This document shows, piece after piece, positions 20,960 through 32,414 of a stretch of 39,023 nt of DNA. Location: the NCBI RefSeq assembly GCF_001194135.2, contig NC_068990.1, positions 43,185,351-43,224,373 on the forward strand. The letters are read 5' to 3'. The notes beneath the pieces were generated by a model. It made no database searches. It was not told the DNA's origin and saw nothing but the letters and a program-made list of their open reading frames with translations. This stretch comes from Octopus bimaculoides (taxonomy: Eukaryota). Positions within the stretch are counted from its first letter, which is position 1, and every line of letters begins with the position of its first letter. The position numbers and the translations under genes were made by a program.

Positions 20960-21660
20960 TCATGAAACCATGCAGTTAATATTGTTAACTGCATCAGTTA
21001 CGAATTGGCAAGTACAGATTCTTGAATTCATCTCAGCATTTTTGCAGCATGATAGTTTCAAGAGAGAAGTTTTTTGAAGAGAGGAACTAAAGTTGTCTTT
21101 AGATTTGTATCCAAAATTACTCATGTGAAAGCTGAAGAGATGCACCAGTGGATCAAATGATGCAATTTAACCATGATATAAGAATGTCCCTCAAATGCTG
21201 ATCCAGTTGGGTGGAGCTGTGAGAGTTTATGATAATGCTTCATCGCTGGCATGATGCAAGTAAGAAAGTGACAGGCCTGATGGCAATGCATGTGGACAAT
21301 TTTATTTTCGGTGGAAATGAATTGTTTGAGAAGGATGTGATCACAATAGCAATAAAGGTGTTTCAACTGGGAACTCATGAGCGTGGAACATTCAGCTATT
21401 TAGAATTGAATTCTAAACAAAGAGAGGAATCACAATTGATCCAGATGTATACATCTCATTCATATCTCCAAAAGAAAGGAAGGACACTAAGAAAACAATG
21501 ATGAGTTAAGGGAAGAAGTGAAGTTTGATTTAAAAAGACTTACAAGTCAGATGAAGTGGACAACTATACAGACTCATCTAGATGTATCATTTGGTGTTTG
21601 TAGAATAAGCATCATTGGGAAACATCCCAAAATAAAGATGCTGTTTGAAGTTAATGAAGC
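20960..21660 (+). pseudogene. Ty1/copia reverse transcriptase remnant
   Basis: ASVTNWQVQILEFISAFLQHD..REVF, LM*KLKRC.SGSNDA..*Y, GLMAMHVDNFIFGG, FSYL, LKRLTSQMKW..QTHLDVSFGVC. Motifs follow copia RT order (D..SAFLQG, WKL.K..YGL.DA..WY, HVDD). Confidence 0.85.
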
Positions 21661-22860
21661 ATCATCATCATTGTCATTGTCTTCTTCAGTGTCGTCATCA
21701 GTGGTGGCAGAAGCGACATCATCATCGTCACCATCGTCATCATCATCATCATTGAATGTCCATTTTCCATGATGGCATGGGTTGCACAGTTTCACATGAA
21801 CTGACAAGTCAAAAGACTATAATAAGCTCTGCTGTCTATTTTAACATGGTTTCTGCAGTTCGATGTCCTTCCTAACATCAACCACATTACATAGTGTACT
21901 GGGTACTTTTTACATGGCACCAGCAGTGGTGGGGTCACCAAGTAACTTGCAGGATAAAATCCCTCAAAAGGTGGCCATACAAGTTACAGGGTGATGTATT
22001 TAGTGGGGTGGGCCAGGAATTGGAGTGTGTAGGTGGGTGAATTCACAAGATTTCAAAACAAGAATGGATGCTAGAAGTGGGGGGAAGGGATTTAACAAGG
22101 TAGGTAGGTGGACATGTGGGGGAAAAATGGAGGGAAATAAGGAGACCATGGGTAGTGAGCACAGGTGGGTTGTGTGAATTTTACTTTGCTGGGCAGATCT
22201 TCTCAAGAAAAGCATATCACAAGTTGTTACAGTCCTTTGTCATCACTTCTACGACGCTCAACATCTGAAGATCACTTCTCACCACTTCATCCTACATGTT
22301 CCTGGGTCCTCCTCTTCCACAGGTTCCCTCCCCATTTAGAGATCAGCACTTCTTGGTGCAGCTGTCCTCATCTATATGCATCACATGATCATATCAGTGC
22401 AATCTTCTCTCTTGCAAACTACATCTGATGCCTCTTATACATTTCTCTCTCAAAGATTTACATTTGGTCATACATGCACACTAAATTGCACATCCAATAG
22501 AGCACGCTGCCTTCATTTCTTTCATGCTTTTGCATGTCCTCTTCAGTTGCAGCCCATGTTTCATTGCCATGTAGTATAGCTATCCTTACACAGGCATCAT
22601 ACAGTTTGCTTTCCGCTCTCGGATAGAGACCCTTTGTGACCAACAAAGGTAACAGCTCACTGAACTTTTCCCAGCCAGTTCTTATTGTAGCATCTATGCT
22701 TTCAGAGTAACCTCCCCCAGTACTAATTTGGTCACCTAGGTAATAAAAACTATCTACTGCCTCCAAAGAGCCCACTGCACATTTGAGGAAATTTATTTCC
22801 TGCACTTCCTTAGTGTACACTGTACCTGCAAATGTACCACACACAAAGACTACCTTTTGC
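21660..22860 (-). mobile_element. 5'-truncated RTE-clade LINE: RT C-terminus, 3' UTR and (GAT)n tail
   Basis: LEAVDSFYYLGDQISTGGG..IRTGWEKFSELLPLL..LYDACVR.A.LHG.ETW, then ..GTCGRGGPRN..DEVVRSDLQ, stop at ~22183. The 3' UTR matches the dispersed tail family. Confidence 0.92.
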
Positions 22861-23409
22861 ACAGTAGTAGTCTTTGTGTGTGTGACAGAAAGTGCAAGAT
22901 CCTGTGGTTCACACCATCTTTCTTCCTCCAAGTAAAATCGCTACCTATATGTTTCTTTAAAATTCTAAGCTCTAATTTCCCACCACAACATAAATATCAC
23001 ATTATCTTAAATAAATCCTCTATTAAAATCTTCTGTTCCACCATGCTTAATTTAAGATCTATAGTTGCCTTCTCTTATAAACATAAACTTCACTGCTTGT
23101 CCTTGGACCCTACAATCCATCCCACTAAAACCCACCCCAACCTACCTAGTTGCAATAATACAATCCTTAGAAACCCCACCCATCTCAATAATACCAACCT
23201 TAATGGGATTCCCCAGAATACTACCCATAGTAGGCCATTACTCCTCCCAATCCAACACCAATATTGATAATGCCTCTTGCTCTTTTTATGAACTACATCT
23301 GCCAACATTCTGAAGTAACTTCAAGCCCTCAGAAACAGCTGTCAGATTTGTAACACCTTCTCCCCATCTTATTCTTAGAGTTTATGTAATCTGAGTAAGT
23401 TTTCTCAAT

Positions 23410-23459
<50 letters not shown>

Positions 23460-24942
23460 ATACTTGATTGTTAATCATCTGAAAATTTTAAGTCTGCCTT
23501 CTCTTTTTGCGTGTATATATATTTTGTACATCAAAACTCAAGATTTTATCTGTTTATTTGAATCATTGTCTCTATATCTGCTCACTTGGATTTTGTTTAT
23601 AGCCACTCTTTACCCTGTTGACTTAATCCTTGGTAAAGATGTCAGAGTGTAAGTTCAAATCATATTGAGATTCTCTCAATCTCATCTGTTGACTCTGTGT
23701 GTGTGTGTGTGTGTGTGTGTGCATATGTGTATGTGTGTGTGCATGTGTGTATATATATATATATATATTATTGGGTGTATCCCAATAATATCTTGAAGGC
23801 TATTTTATTCGTTAAAATTGATTGAAACAAGTAACAGAATTTTTAAAATATAAGAATAAAAGAAAAGTGTATCTAAAACTACATTACCGAATGTGTTCTT
23901 GCTTTTTTGAAAAACAGTAAGGTGTAATTTGAAGGAAACTTGGCTGTTATTTCTAGCAGATTGAGCAACTGTATAGTAGCTTCCAAACATTGTTGTTAAG
24001 CCCCAGCTCACTATGTTTATCTCTCATTGTTCTCAATACAGATTGTTTTATGTTTGTTTTTTAAACTGATTTACAACCATTTTGCAATACTTGCATTGCT
24101 GTGTGAGATCATATGTATAAGAGCAATTGTCTTCACAGCTGAATGCCCTTATTAATACTAATCGTTCAACCATGAAATGAGTATAAAATCTGTTCTTTGT
24201 TCAGTCAAGCAAACTAGATGAAACAGAGAGTGTTGTACCCGCCAAAAGGAAACACCATAATGGATGTGCGGCAGCCTCTATGCAGTCACTTGGCTTTCTA
24301 GAAAGAGCAGCAAAATCCTTAAATTATACTATAGAAAACATTAAATCATGTAGTCCTCGAAGTACAAAAAGATGAGATGGTCATGGATAGAAGCCTCTGA
24401 TCATCTGTCTGCTGAAACAGAATTGACTTCAGGCTTTCAACCTGCATTCATCCTGTCTTTTTGTGAATCAAATACTACCATGTCCCATAGGTACTTCATT
24501 TTCAGATAGTAAGGAGTGATTAGAGAGAGACTTCGTTGCTTTTTAAAGCAGTGAACCACATTAGCTTACCACTAGGATTTTAGTCTTTCTGGTAAACCTT
24601 TAACACTTATTAAGCACTTATGAAGAAAGGTAGTGGCAGTGGTTTGTTGTTTGTAAATGCTGATGGGTTTTTTGGGGATTTTTTTAAATGAATGCTTCCA
24701 TCCATCAGTAATGACATGGAAGCTTTTGATTTGATGAAAACAGAAGCATCATCTTTAACATTATTTATGCTATCAATTAATTTCAAAGGATCAGAACCGA
24801 AGGAAGGAAAAACAAACCTGAGAGAGAAAATGGACTTGGAATTGAGGTACAACATGCACATTTATTCTCTGCTAAGCACATTACACACACACACACACAC
24901 ACACATATTGTTTATACCTTTCTTTTGATTGCATACTCTTTT

Positions 24943-25478
24943 ACTCTTTTACTCTTTTACTTGTTTCAGTCATTTGACTGCGGCCATGCTGGAGCACCGC
25001 CTTTAGTCGAGCAAATCGACCCAGGACTTATTCTTTGTAAGCCTAGTACTTATTCTATCGGTCTCTTTTGCCGAACTGCTAGGTTACGGGGACATAAACA
25101 CACCAGNNNNNNNNNNNNNNNNNNNNNNNNNNNNNNNNNNNNNNNNNNNNNNNNNNNNNNNNNNNNNNNNNNNNNNNNNNNNNNNNNNNNNNNNNNNNNN
25201 NNNNNNNNNNNNNNNNNNNNNNNNNNNNNNNNNNNNNNNNNNNNNNNNNNNNNNNNNNNNNNNNNNNNNNNNNNNNNNNNNNNNNNNATATATATATATA
25301 TATATATATATATACGATGGGTTTCTTCCAGTTTCCGTCTACCAAATCCACTTACAAGGCTTTGGTCGGCCCGAGGCTATAGCAGAAGACACTTGCCCAA
25401 GGTGCCACACAGTGGGACTGAAGCTGGAACCATGTGGTTGGTAAGCAAGCTACTTACCACACAGCCACTCCTGCACCT
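24943..25478 (-). mobile_element. SINE family A1, least decayed copy, spanning an N-gap
   Basis: CpG-rich intact tail and head (reverse complement GCAGGAGTGGCTGTGTGGTAAGTAGCTTGCTTACCAACCACATGG...CAGTCCCACTG). Confidence 0.92.
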
Positions 25479-26074
25479 ATGTATATATATCTCATTAATA
25501 TATGTTCAGTTATATTTTCATTTCATGTATGTTTTATGCTTTTGTAATTTTTATTTGTCAATGTTTTCTTATAAGTGTACTTTATCTTTGTCTGTAACTG
25601 TATTTTCTTTCTCAGATTCTTCTGAGCACTGCTAGAGTGCACCAATTACCCAGATATATATATATTGTTATAAGGCTAAGTGAAATGGCAAGGAGAAATA
25701 GGGAGATACTTATTCAAAAAGTCACCTGAGGAGGTGCAATCTGCACCTGTGATGCAAGACAATTGATTGCACAGCATCTTACTTGTGAGCTATAGGTGCA
25801 AAATGAGTCAAAACAATTGTAGTGGATTTGAAAAAGAATCCCGTGAATTCTATTTTCTGTCTCTAATCTATTTATATAAGCTCTATGGACCTCAAGGAAT
25901 TCCTAAAGTAAATTCAGTAGCATATGCATCTCTATTGCTGATGACATCAGATAGCCAAAAACAGTGGAAAAGCTTTACACAACATCCTACAAGGCTTCTA
26001 CATAAATATAAGTTAACTACATATATTATATATTATTTATATATATATATATACATATATATATACATATATAT

Positions 26075-26105
<31 letters not shown>

Positions 26106-26361
26106 NNNNNNNNNNNNNNNNNNNNNNNNNNNNNNNNNNNNNNNNNNNNNNNNNNNNNNNNNNNNNNNNNNNNNNNNNNNNNNNNNNNNNNNNNNNNNNN
26201 NNNNNNNNNNNNNNNNNNNNNNNNNNNNNNNNNNNNNNNNNNNNNNNNNNNNNNNNNNNNNNNNNNNNNNNNNNNNNNNNNNNNNNNNNNNNNNNNNNNN
26301 NNNNNNNNNNNNNNNNNNNNNNNNNNNNNNNNNNNNNNNNNNNNNNNNNNNNNNNNNNATA

Positions 26362-26510
26362 TATATTATCTAAAATGTATAGTAGTAAATATTCATCATG
26401 GCTGATCTTACCAAATCAGTTTCACATAAAGAATACAATGGAGTGTTAGGTAACAATCCGATTATATAACTTTATGCTCATCAGAGTTAGCCAATATGGA
26501 AGGGAATTTG
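26362..26510. repeat. Single arm of the 5175-5682 foldback family
   Basis: ATCTTACCAAATCAGTTTCAC..CAATGGAGTGTTAGGTAACAATCCGATTAT..TGCTCATCAGAGTTAGCCAATATGGAA matches both arms of 5403-5672. Confidence 0.75.
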
Positions 26511-26719
26511 ATGACTGCTTTCTATTGTCAATTAGTAAACATGTTGCTGTTACTTCTGCCTTGTAAACAACTGTTCCTGTATTGCATTGTCCGTTTAGCG
26601 GACAAGTTGTGTTACCCCTACAAGTAGTTTTGGATTTGCTTCTTGTAAGGTATTTTAGGCAAGTGTCATCTATATAATCTCAGTTTCATCAGTGCTGAAT
26701 AAATGAAATTTGATATATA

Positions 26720-26745
26720 TACAGAGAGATTGAGAGAGAGAGAGA

Positions 26746-26813
<68 letters not shown>

Positions 26814-26829
26814 GGGAGAGAGAGAGAGA

Positions 26830-26866
<37 letters not shown>
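26720..26866. repeat. (GA)n microsatellite; similar (CT)n tracts at 8458-8507 and 18605-18705
   Basis: Direct reading. Confidence 0.98.
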
Positions 26867-26868
<2 letters not shown>

Positions 26869-27319
26869 CTATGTCTGAAACTTAATGTAGATATGTTGCT
26901 GACAAGCAGTTTACTGTCCAAAGATAACATCCCTTATGGATGTACTGTATTTGAAAGCACAATGTGTGTCAGAAGATGAAAATCATCCAGACAGTGGCTA
27001 ACAACAATGCCAGGTGTATTTCAGCCTTGTTGGACTTAGCCAATGGCATGTTCTCACAGCCAGTCACATGCTGGTATGAGATATATATACATTTGTGTGT
27101 ATGTATGTGTGTTGAGAAGTGGAGTGCTTTTCTTTATATCCCATATAGACAATATGTTCCATACTTTGGTAGTTTGATGGGTAAAGACCAGTGGAATAAA
27201 GAATTCTTAGATGAGAAACAAGTAAGATAAAGGTTAATATATCAGCAAAGGTGCCCATCCATAGAATACTGCCTCAAGAAGTCTCATCAAACCAATGCCA
27301 GTACGAGGAAAGTAGGCAT

Positions 27320-27435
27320 AATAACAATGGTGGTGATGATGATGATGATGACGACGACTACGACAACAACAACGATGATGACGACAACCATGACGATGAC
27401 AATGATAACGACTGTGGTGGTGGTGGTGGTGGTGG

Positions 27436-27512
<77 letters not shown>

Positions 27513-27852
27513 NNNNNNNNNNNNNNNNNNNNNNNNNNNNNNNNNNNNNNNNNNNNNNNNNNNNNNNNNNNNNNNNNNNNNNNNNNNNNNNNNNNNNNNN
27601 NNNNNNNNNNNNNNNNNNNNNNNNNNNNNNNNNNNNNNNNNNNNNNNNNNNNNNNNNNNNNNNNNNNNNNNNNNNNNNNNNNNNNNNNNNNNNNNNNNNN
27701 NNNNNNNNNNNNNNNNNNNNNNNNNNNNNNNNNNNNNNNNNNNNNNNNNNNNNNNNNNNNNNNNNNNNNNNNNNNNNNNNNNNNNNNNNNNNNNNNNNNN
27801 NNNNNNNNNNNNNNNNNNNNNNNNGAGGAGGAGGAGGAGGAGGAGGAGGAGA
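27320..27852. repeat. Compound trinucleotide microsatellite (GAT/GAC/GGT/GCT/GGA) after an RTE-type tail, spanning a gap; similar tracts at 16742-16850 and 33715-33980
   Basis: Direct reading. These tracts explain the homopolymer-amino-acid ORFs in the track. Confidence 0.95.
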
Positions 27853-28711
27853 TGCATCTCAGAAAATTAGAGTGTTGTACAAAATTTAGATTTTTATTGT
27901 CAGTTAAATTAGAACAATAAAATTTCAATTGCATCTGGCTCACTAAATCTAATCCAATCTAAATCAATCTATTTGTAGTATTTTGTTGATGAAAACAAAC
28001 ATTTATGGCTTTCATGCAGGGATAATCAAAAATGCAATATCTCAAAATTTTAGAATGCATTAGCTGAACATTGTAAACATCATAACAAAAGCGCAAGTTA
28101 GTCAAAAATTAAAATGTAATTACAGAATTTCAGTTAGTTCTTGGTTAGTGCATCTTTGGCTTCAGTGGTTGCCAGAATATGTTGTGGAATAGAAGAAAGT
28201 AAGCTATGATGCTGGGGCACAAGTTGACCATCTATTTTAAATATACCCTCATAGATTTTTCACTCAATACAAGGTCCAGCTCTTATTATTGCGTGGTGGT
28301 TTGTGTGCCTCAATGACTATGAGGGATATGCTAGTGATAGTGCCTCCCATGCCAGACAGGGCAAAGGATAGAAGCCAGACTAAAATGGGTTACCTCTTCC
28401 CAAAGATAAAACGGTCAATATAAAGATCTTCACCCGGGAACAAACAAAAAAAAAAAATTAACCAGCCTGGTGGGTGTTAACAAGTATGAGGAAAATGAAT
28501 ATAAAAAAATGCATGCTGACGACCTTGAGGGTGGCGAGGGATGAGACTTTTGGAAAATTCACAAAATCCAATTTTTCTGTCATAACTTCTGGTAAACTGG
28601 ATATATATTGATTTTTTTTTTTTATGGAATCTCACGTTTTTGGTTATGGAGGATCCGATTCTGAAATAAAAATTTGCAAAAATCACATTTTAAAAATTTC
28701 ANNNNNNNNNN

Positions 28712-28988
28712 AAGAAGCCTGTCGTATATATGTATATATGTATATATATATATATATGTGTATGTGTGTATATGTTTGTGTGTCTGTGTTGTATCCCCAA
28801 CATCGCTTGACAACCAATGCTGGGGTGTTTACATCCTCGTAACTTAGCAGTTCAGCAAAAGAGACTGATAGAATAAGTACTAGGCTTACAAAGAATAAGT
28901 CCTGGGGTCGATTTGCTCGACTAAAGGCAGTGCTCCAGCATGGCCACAGTCAAATGACTGAAACAAGTAAAAGAGTAAGAGTAAAAGA

Positions 28989-28990
<2 letters not shown>
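28712..28990 (+). mobile_element. SINE family A1, 3' half after a gap
   Basis: AAGAAGCCTGTCG..(TA)n..GATAGAATAAGTACTAGGCTTACAAAGAATAAGTCCTGGGGTCGATTTGCTCGAC..AAGTAAAAGAG. Confidence 0.92.
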
Positions 28991-29019
<29 letters not shown>

Positions 29020-29021
<2 letters not shown>

Positions 29022-29541
29022 CTCAAGCCTTCAAGCAGGCTATCCACATGCTAGAAATAACAGCCAAATCTCACAAAACTGCAATAACATAATGTAATCA
29101 ATCTACTCAGCTCTCTGTAAAGATTTCTTTCAGTAATTTCCCACAGTAATATGACAAAGTAATTCCTGTGAAATTAAAGTGGGTTTTTTTTTTTTTCAAA
29201 CTTTCTTTTTTACACATTTTTTAAAAACTTTTTTTTTTTTCCATCAATCTATGTGGGAAAATACGGAGATTAGGAATATGGAAAAAATAAACACAAATTC
29301 AAATTTTTTCAGAAAAACTCTGACCCCCCACCCCAGCCATCCTGGTCTCTAAATGTAAAATTGAACGGTTCTTTTGTCTGCTTCTGTATGCATTATAGTA
29401 AAAGGATCAGAGCAGTGCCCGGTCACTAAAATGAAATTACTCTGAAAGAAATCTTTGCAGGAAGGTGAGTAGATTGATTACATTATGTTATTGCAGTTAT
29501 CTACTTCTAACATGTGGATAGCCTATTTGAAGACCTGAGGG
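29020..29541. mobile_element. TA-flanked foldback MITE with ~110-120-bp TIRs
   Basis: 29020-29140 vs reverse complement of 29433-29541: CCCTCA(A/G)G..GGCTATCCACATG(C/T)TAGAA..AACTGCAATAACATAATGTAATCAATCTACTCA..AAAGATTTCTTTCAG..TAATTTC. TA at 29018-19 and 29542-43. Confidence 0.9.
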
Positions 29542-30255
29542 TATATATATATATATATATATNNNNNNNNNNNNNNNNNNNNNNNNNNNNNNNNNNNNNN
29601 NNNNNNNNNNNNNNNNTCTACATATCTCGCAAAAGACAAAAATTTCTGGGGAAAGTGAAAAATAAGGAGGGTGTTTGTGTGGTAGGGGTGGGGAATTGAA
29701 ATTTTGAAAATGCGATTTTTGCAAATTTCTTTTTCAGAATCGGATCCTCTATAACCAAAAACGTGGGATTTTGTTTTTAAAAAATACATATATATCCATT
29801 TTATCAGAACTTATGATGGAAAAATTGGATCTGAAAGTCCTTCCCACCATAAGGGCGTCAGTGCGCATTTGTTTTCATATTCGTTTTCCACATATTTGTT
29901 AACGCGCCCCAGGCTTGTTAATTTATTTATTTTTTTTTGTTCCCAGTCGAAGATCTTTATATTAACCGATAAAACTGGGCTTGCATAGGGCCAACAGCCC
30001 TAGCTAGACAAAAAGAACTGCAAAGTTATTGAAGTATTAGTGACAATTCAAAACCCACAGATCCTTTAAGAAAATATATGCTGCATTGATATGGGAACCA
30101 CAAGGGAAGCTGAAGGGAAGGCACCATAAAAATAACTGTAGACAGGTTTCGAAGGCAGAGCTGAAAAGACAGGGTTCCATATAGAGGGAAGTAGTAAAGA
30201 TAGCCCAGAGTGAAGGGACAGTGAAAGAACATCATTCACGGTTTATGCACTAAAG

Positions 30256-30575
30256 CAAGCATGTCAAACACGCAGGCCATGCGCCACATGAAGCCTTTTT
30301 CAAATACAAGTGCAGCCTACAAGTGTTACAGCTAGAGGTTTGAAAATTAGGAACCCACAAAAAAATTTTAATTATAAAGATAATTAATAATTTGATTAAT
30401 AAAAATAGGATTGTTGATGAGGTAATAAAAAGTTTTTAAAAACTTTTACTTAATAATAAAGGATTGATATGACAGAAATCTTTGATGTAAACATGTGTCT
30501 AAAAATATTCAGTCCCCATATAAATAGGTATGTGAGCTATGCAACCCATGGAAATTTTGCAGTTTGATATGCCTG
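30256..30575. mobile_element. hAT (Charlie-like) MITE
   Basis: TIRs CAAGCATGTCAAAC / GTTTGATATGCCTG (12/14). Degenerate 8-bp flanks CACTAAAG / CTCTATAA. Confidence 0.6.
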
Positions 30576-31224
30576 CTCTATAAAGATTGAAAGGCTTCAG
30601 TTAAGTAAGTTATAGATTTTCCATGGGGGTTCAGGTCAGATGAGTTACCTGGCAAAGAAAGCACTGATGATTAGCACACCACTCAATGGTTGTTGTTTCA
30701 TAATTGTGTGTCAATGCCCAACCTTACCAGAACAGAAATTCTGCATCTCCAGATTGCTCCAGATTGCTGACAGAAGCATTAATTGCTCCACAATTTCTTG
30801 GTAGGCTGTTTTATTGATTGAAGAAAGACAGTGATCCAACATCTACATTGGAATGGAACCCAAACCATTACTAACTACAGAAATCTAACACATGCTTGTG
30901 ACCTGTGCCCCTCTAGCCCTTCTCCTTACTCTCTGCAGGGCACATTACAAGCTATCTTTCTAACATGGAAGTAGCTCTGAATAAGGATTGACACAGAGTT
31001 GAGAGAACAATTTCGATCTGTTGGAAGTAGTCCCTCTAGTACCAGTGGCATAATAAAATACACCAAATACATACAGTAAGATGTATATTCAACAGTGAAG
31101 GTGACTGAGTTTTTTTCTCTGTATGACTGACCATAAATTTTAACTTTCTAAAACATATCTTCTTGTTCTTATGCTTCTTTTTGATATATGAACTTAAATA
31201 CAATATAAATATTCATGCATTTTT

Positions 31225-31985
31225 TCCATATACATGGTGTCGCTCTGTAGGGAAAAGTTTACTTCCCTATCACTTGGTTTTGGGTTGTCCCACCGCATAG
31301 TACCTTGTGCAAGTGTCTACTAATATAACCCCAGGTCAACCAAAGCCTTGTGTGTGAATTTGGTTGACAGAAACTGAAACTGAAAGGCGGCGAGCTGGCA
31401 GAAATTTTAGCACGCCAGGAGAAATGCTTAGCCTTCAAATTCCGCCGAGATCGACTTTACCTTTTATCCTTTTGGGGTCGATAAATTAAGTACCAGTTAT
31501 ACACTGAGGTCGATGTAATCGACATAATCCCTTTGTCTGTCCTTGTTTGTCCCCTCTATATTTAGCCCCTTGTGGGCAATAAAGAAATAAGAAACTGAAA
31601 CAAGCTCGTTGTGTATGTATTTATGTGTTTATGCATGTATCTGTGTTTGTTTGTATGTATGTACGTACGTATGTATGTATGTATGTATGTGTGGGGGGGG
31701 GGGGGGGGTGTCCATGAATGTGTGTGCATGTGTGTATGTATGTGTGTTATCATCTTCTTGCCTTGACATTGTGTGATAGCTGTAAATGAGTGTCACTCTC
31801 ATGGAAGCAGAGTCCATCATTTTCAATATTCTGTGGAAACATGTTTGGTCATAGGGAAATATTACTTTACTTAGAAACAGGTGACGGTTGGTAACAGGAA
31901 GAGCATCCCAGCTGTAGACAATATGCCTTAATAAATTCCATCCAACCCATGTGATATGGAAAAGTGGGTGTTAAAATGATGATGA
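31225..31985 (+). mobile_element. SINE family A2, interrupted by a C1 SINE
   Basis: A head 31225-31385, resumes at 31591. Body as at 15130-15270. RTE-type tail ending ATGATGATG. Confidence 0.8.
31386..31590 (+). mobile_element. SINE family C (C1 tail) with a 10-bp TSD
   Basis: GGCGGCGAGCTGGCAGAA head, tail CCCCTTGTGGGCAATAAAGAAATAA. GAAACTGAAA at 31376-85 and 31591-600. Confidence 0.92.
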
Positions 31986-32192
31986 TAATATTTATATCTT
32001 GTCTCCTTATAAGTGGCACCTCAGCTCCCTATTTCTTTAAAACAATCAGTATCATGCATCCAATATGATCAATATAATGGTTGCCATTATATTCTTAAAA
32101 TCTCTATTTTTTATCCATTTTTATAATCATCTGAAGATAAGAGATGAGAAACATAGGGTAATGTGTGTGTGGTGCGCACATGCATGTGTGCA

Positions 32193-32227
<35 letters not shown>

Positions 32228-32249
32228 TTATGTAAGGGTAACGGTAAAG

Positions 32250-32399
32250 TCTCTTTCCCAAGTCATACTGACTCATAAGGGCCAGTTTCCTGATTTCCGT
32301 AGTGTTCAAGAACACAATGCATCACTCAGTCCAGGAATTGAAACCACAAACTTACAATCATGAGTCTAACACCCTAACCACTAAGCCACATACCTCCAC
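32250..32399 (-). mobile_element. SINE family G, internally deleted, tRNA-like head
   Basis: Reverse complement GTGGAGGTATGTGGCTTAGTGGTTAGGGTGTTAGACTCATGATTGTAAG..GGTTTCAATTCC has A-box and B-box motifs. Confidence 0.75.
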
Positions 32400-32414
32400 A
32401 TATTATGTATGTAT

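Larger units (their letters stand above)
28412..29968. mobile_element. Non-autonomous long-TIR (foldback-like) DNA element, superfamily unassigned
   Basis: 28412-28701 aligns with the reverse complement of 29697-29968 (roughly 80%). Ends CGGTCAATAT../..ATATTAACCG. ATAAAA directly repeated at 28406-11 and 29969-74. Confidence 0.8.
28290..30615 (+). mobile_element. Internally deleted RTE element (5' UTR joined to RT C-terminus and (TAAG)-like tail), host of later insertions
   Basis: RTE-like 5' UTR (GTGCCTCAATGAC..CTCCCATGCCAGACAGGGCAAAGGATAGAAGCCAGACTAA) resumes after 29974 (..CATAGGGCCAACAGCCCT). Then ALIWEPQGKLKGR..AELKR..KNIIHGLC (30080-30250) and GAAAGGCTTCAGTTAAGTAAGT (~30590-30611). Confidence 0.65.

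Noticed and set aside
22940-23320. Strongly strand-skewed (C-rich, G-poor) stretch; weak RT-like NGIPQ..PLL on + and weak GIY-YIG-like text on -
   Set aside because: The two readings conflict and neither has enough motif support. Probably a decayed retroelement, left unassigned. The same applies to 2400-2600 and 35100-35340.
25720-25755. CTGAGGA followed by a perfect GGTGC/GCACC hairpin
   Set aside because: Followed by TGTGA rather than GAAA. A simple hairpin.
26970-27073. Open segment KMKIIQTVANNNARCISALL.. ending at donor G|GTATGA
   Set aside because: Poor acceptor, and it weakly resembles an L2/CR1 RT C-terminus (LQTVQNxAAR). Ambiguous.
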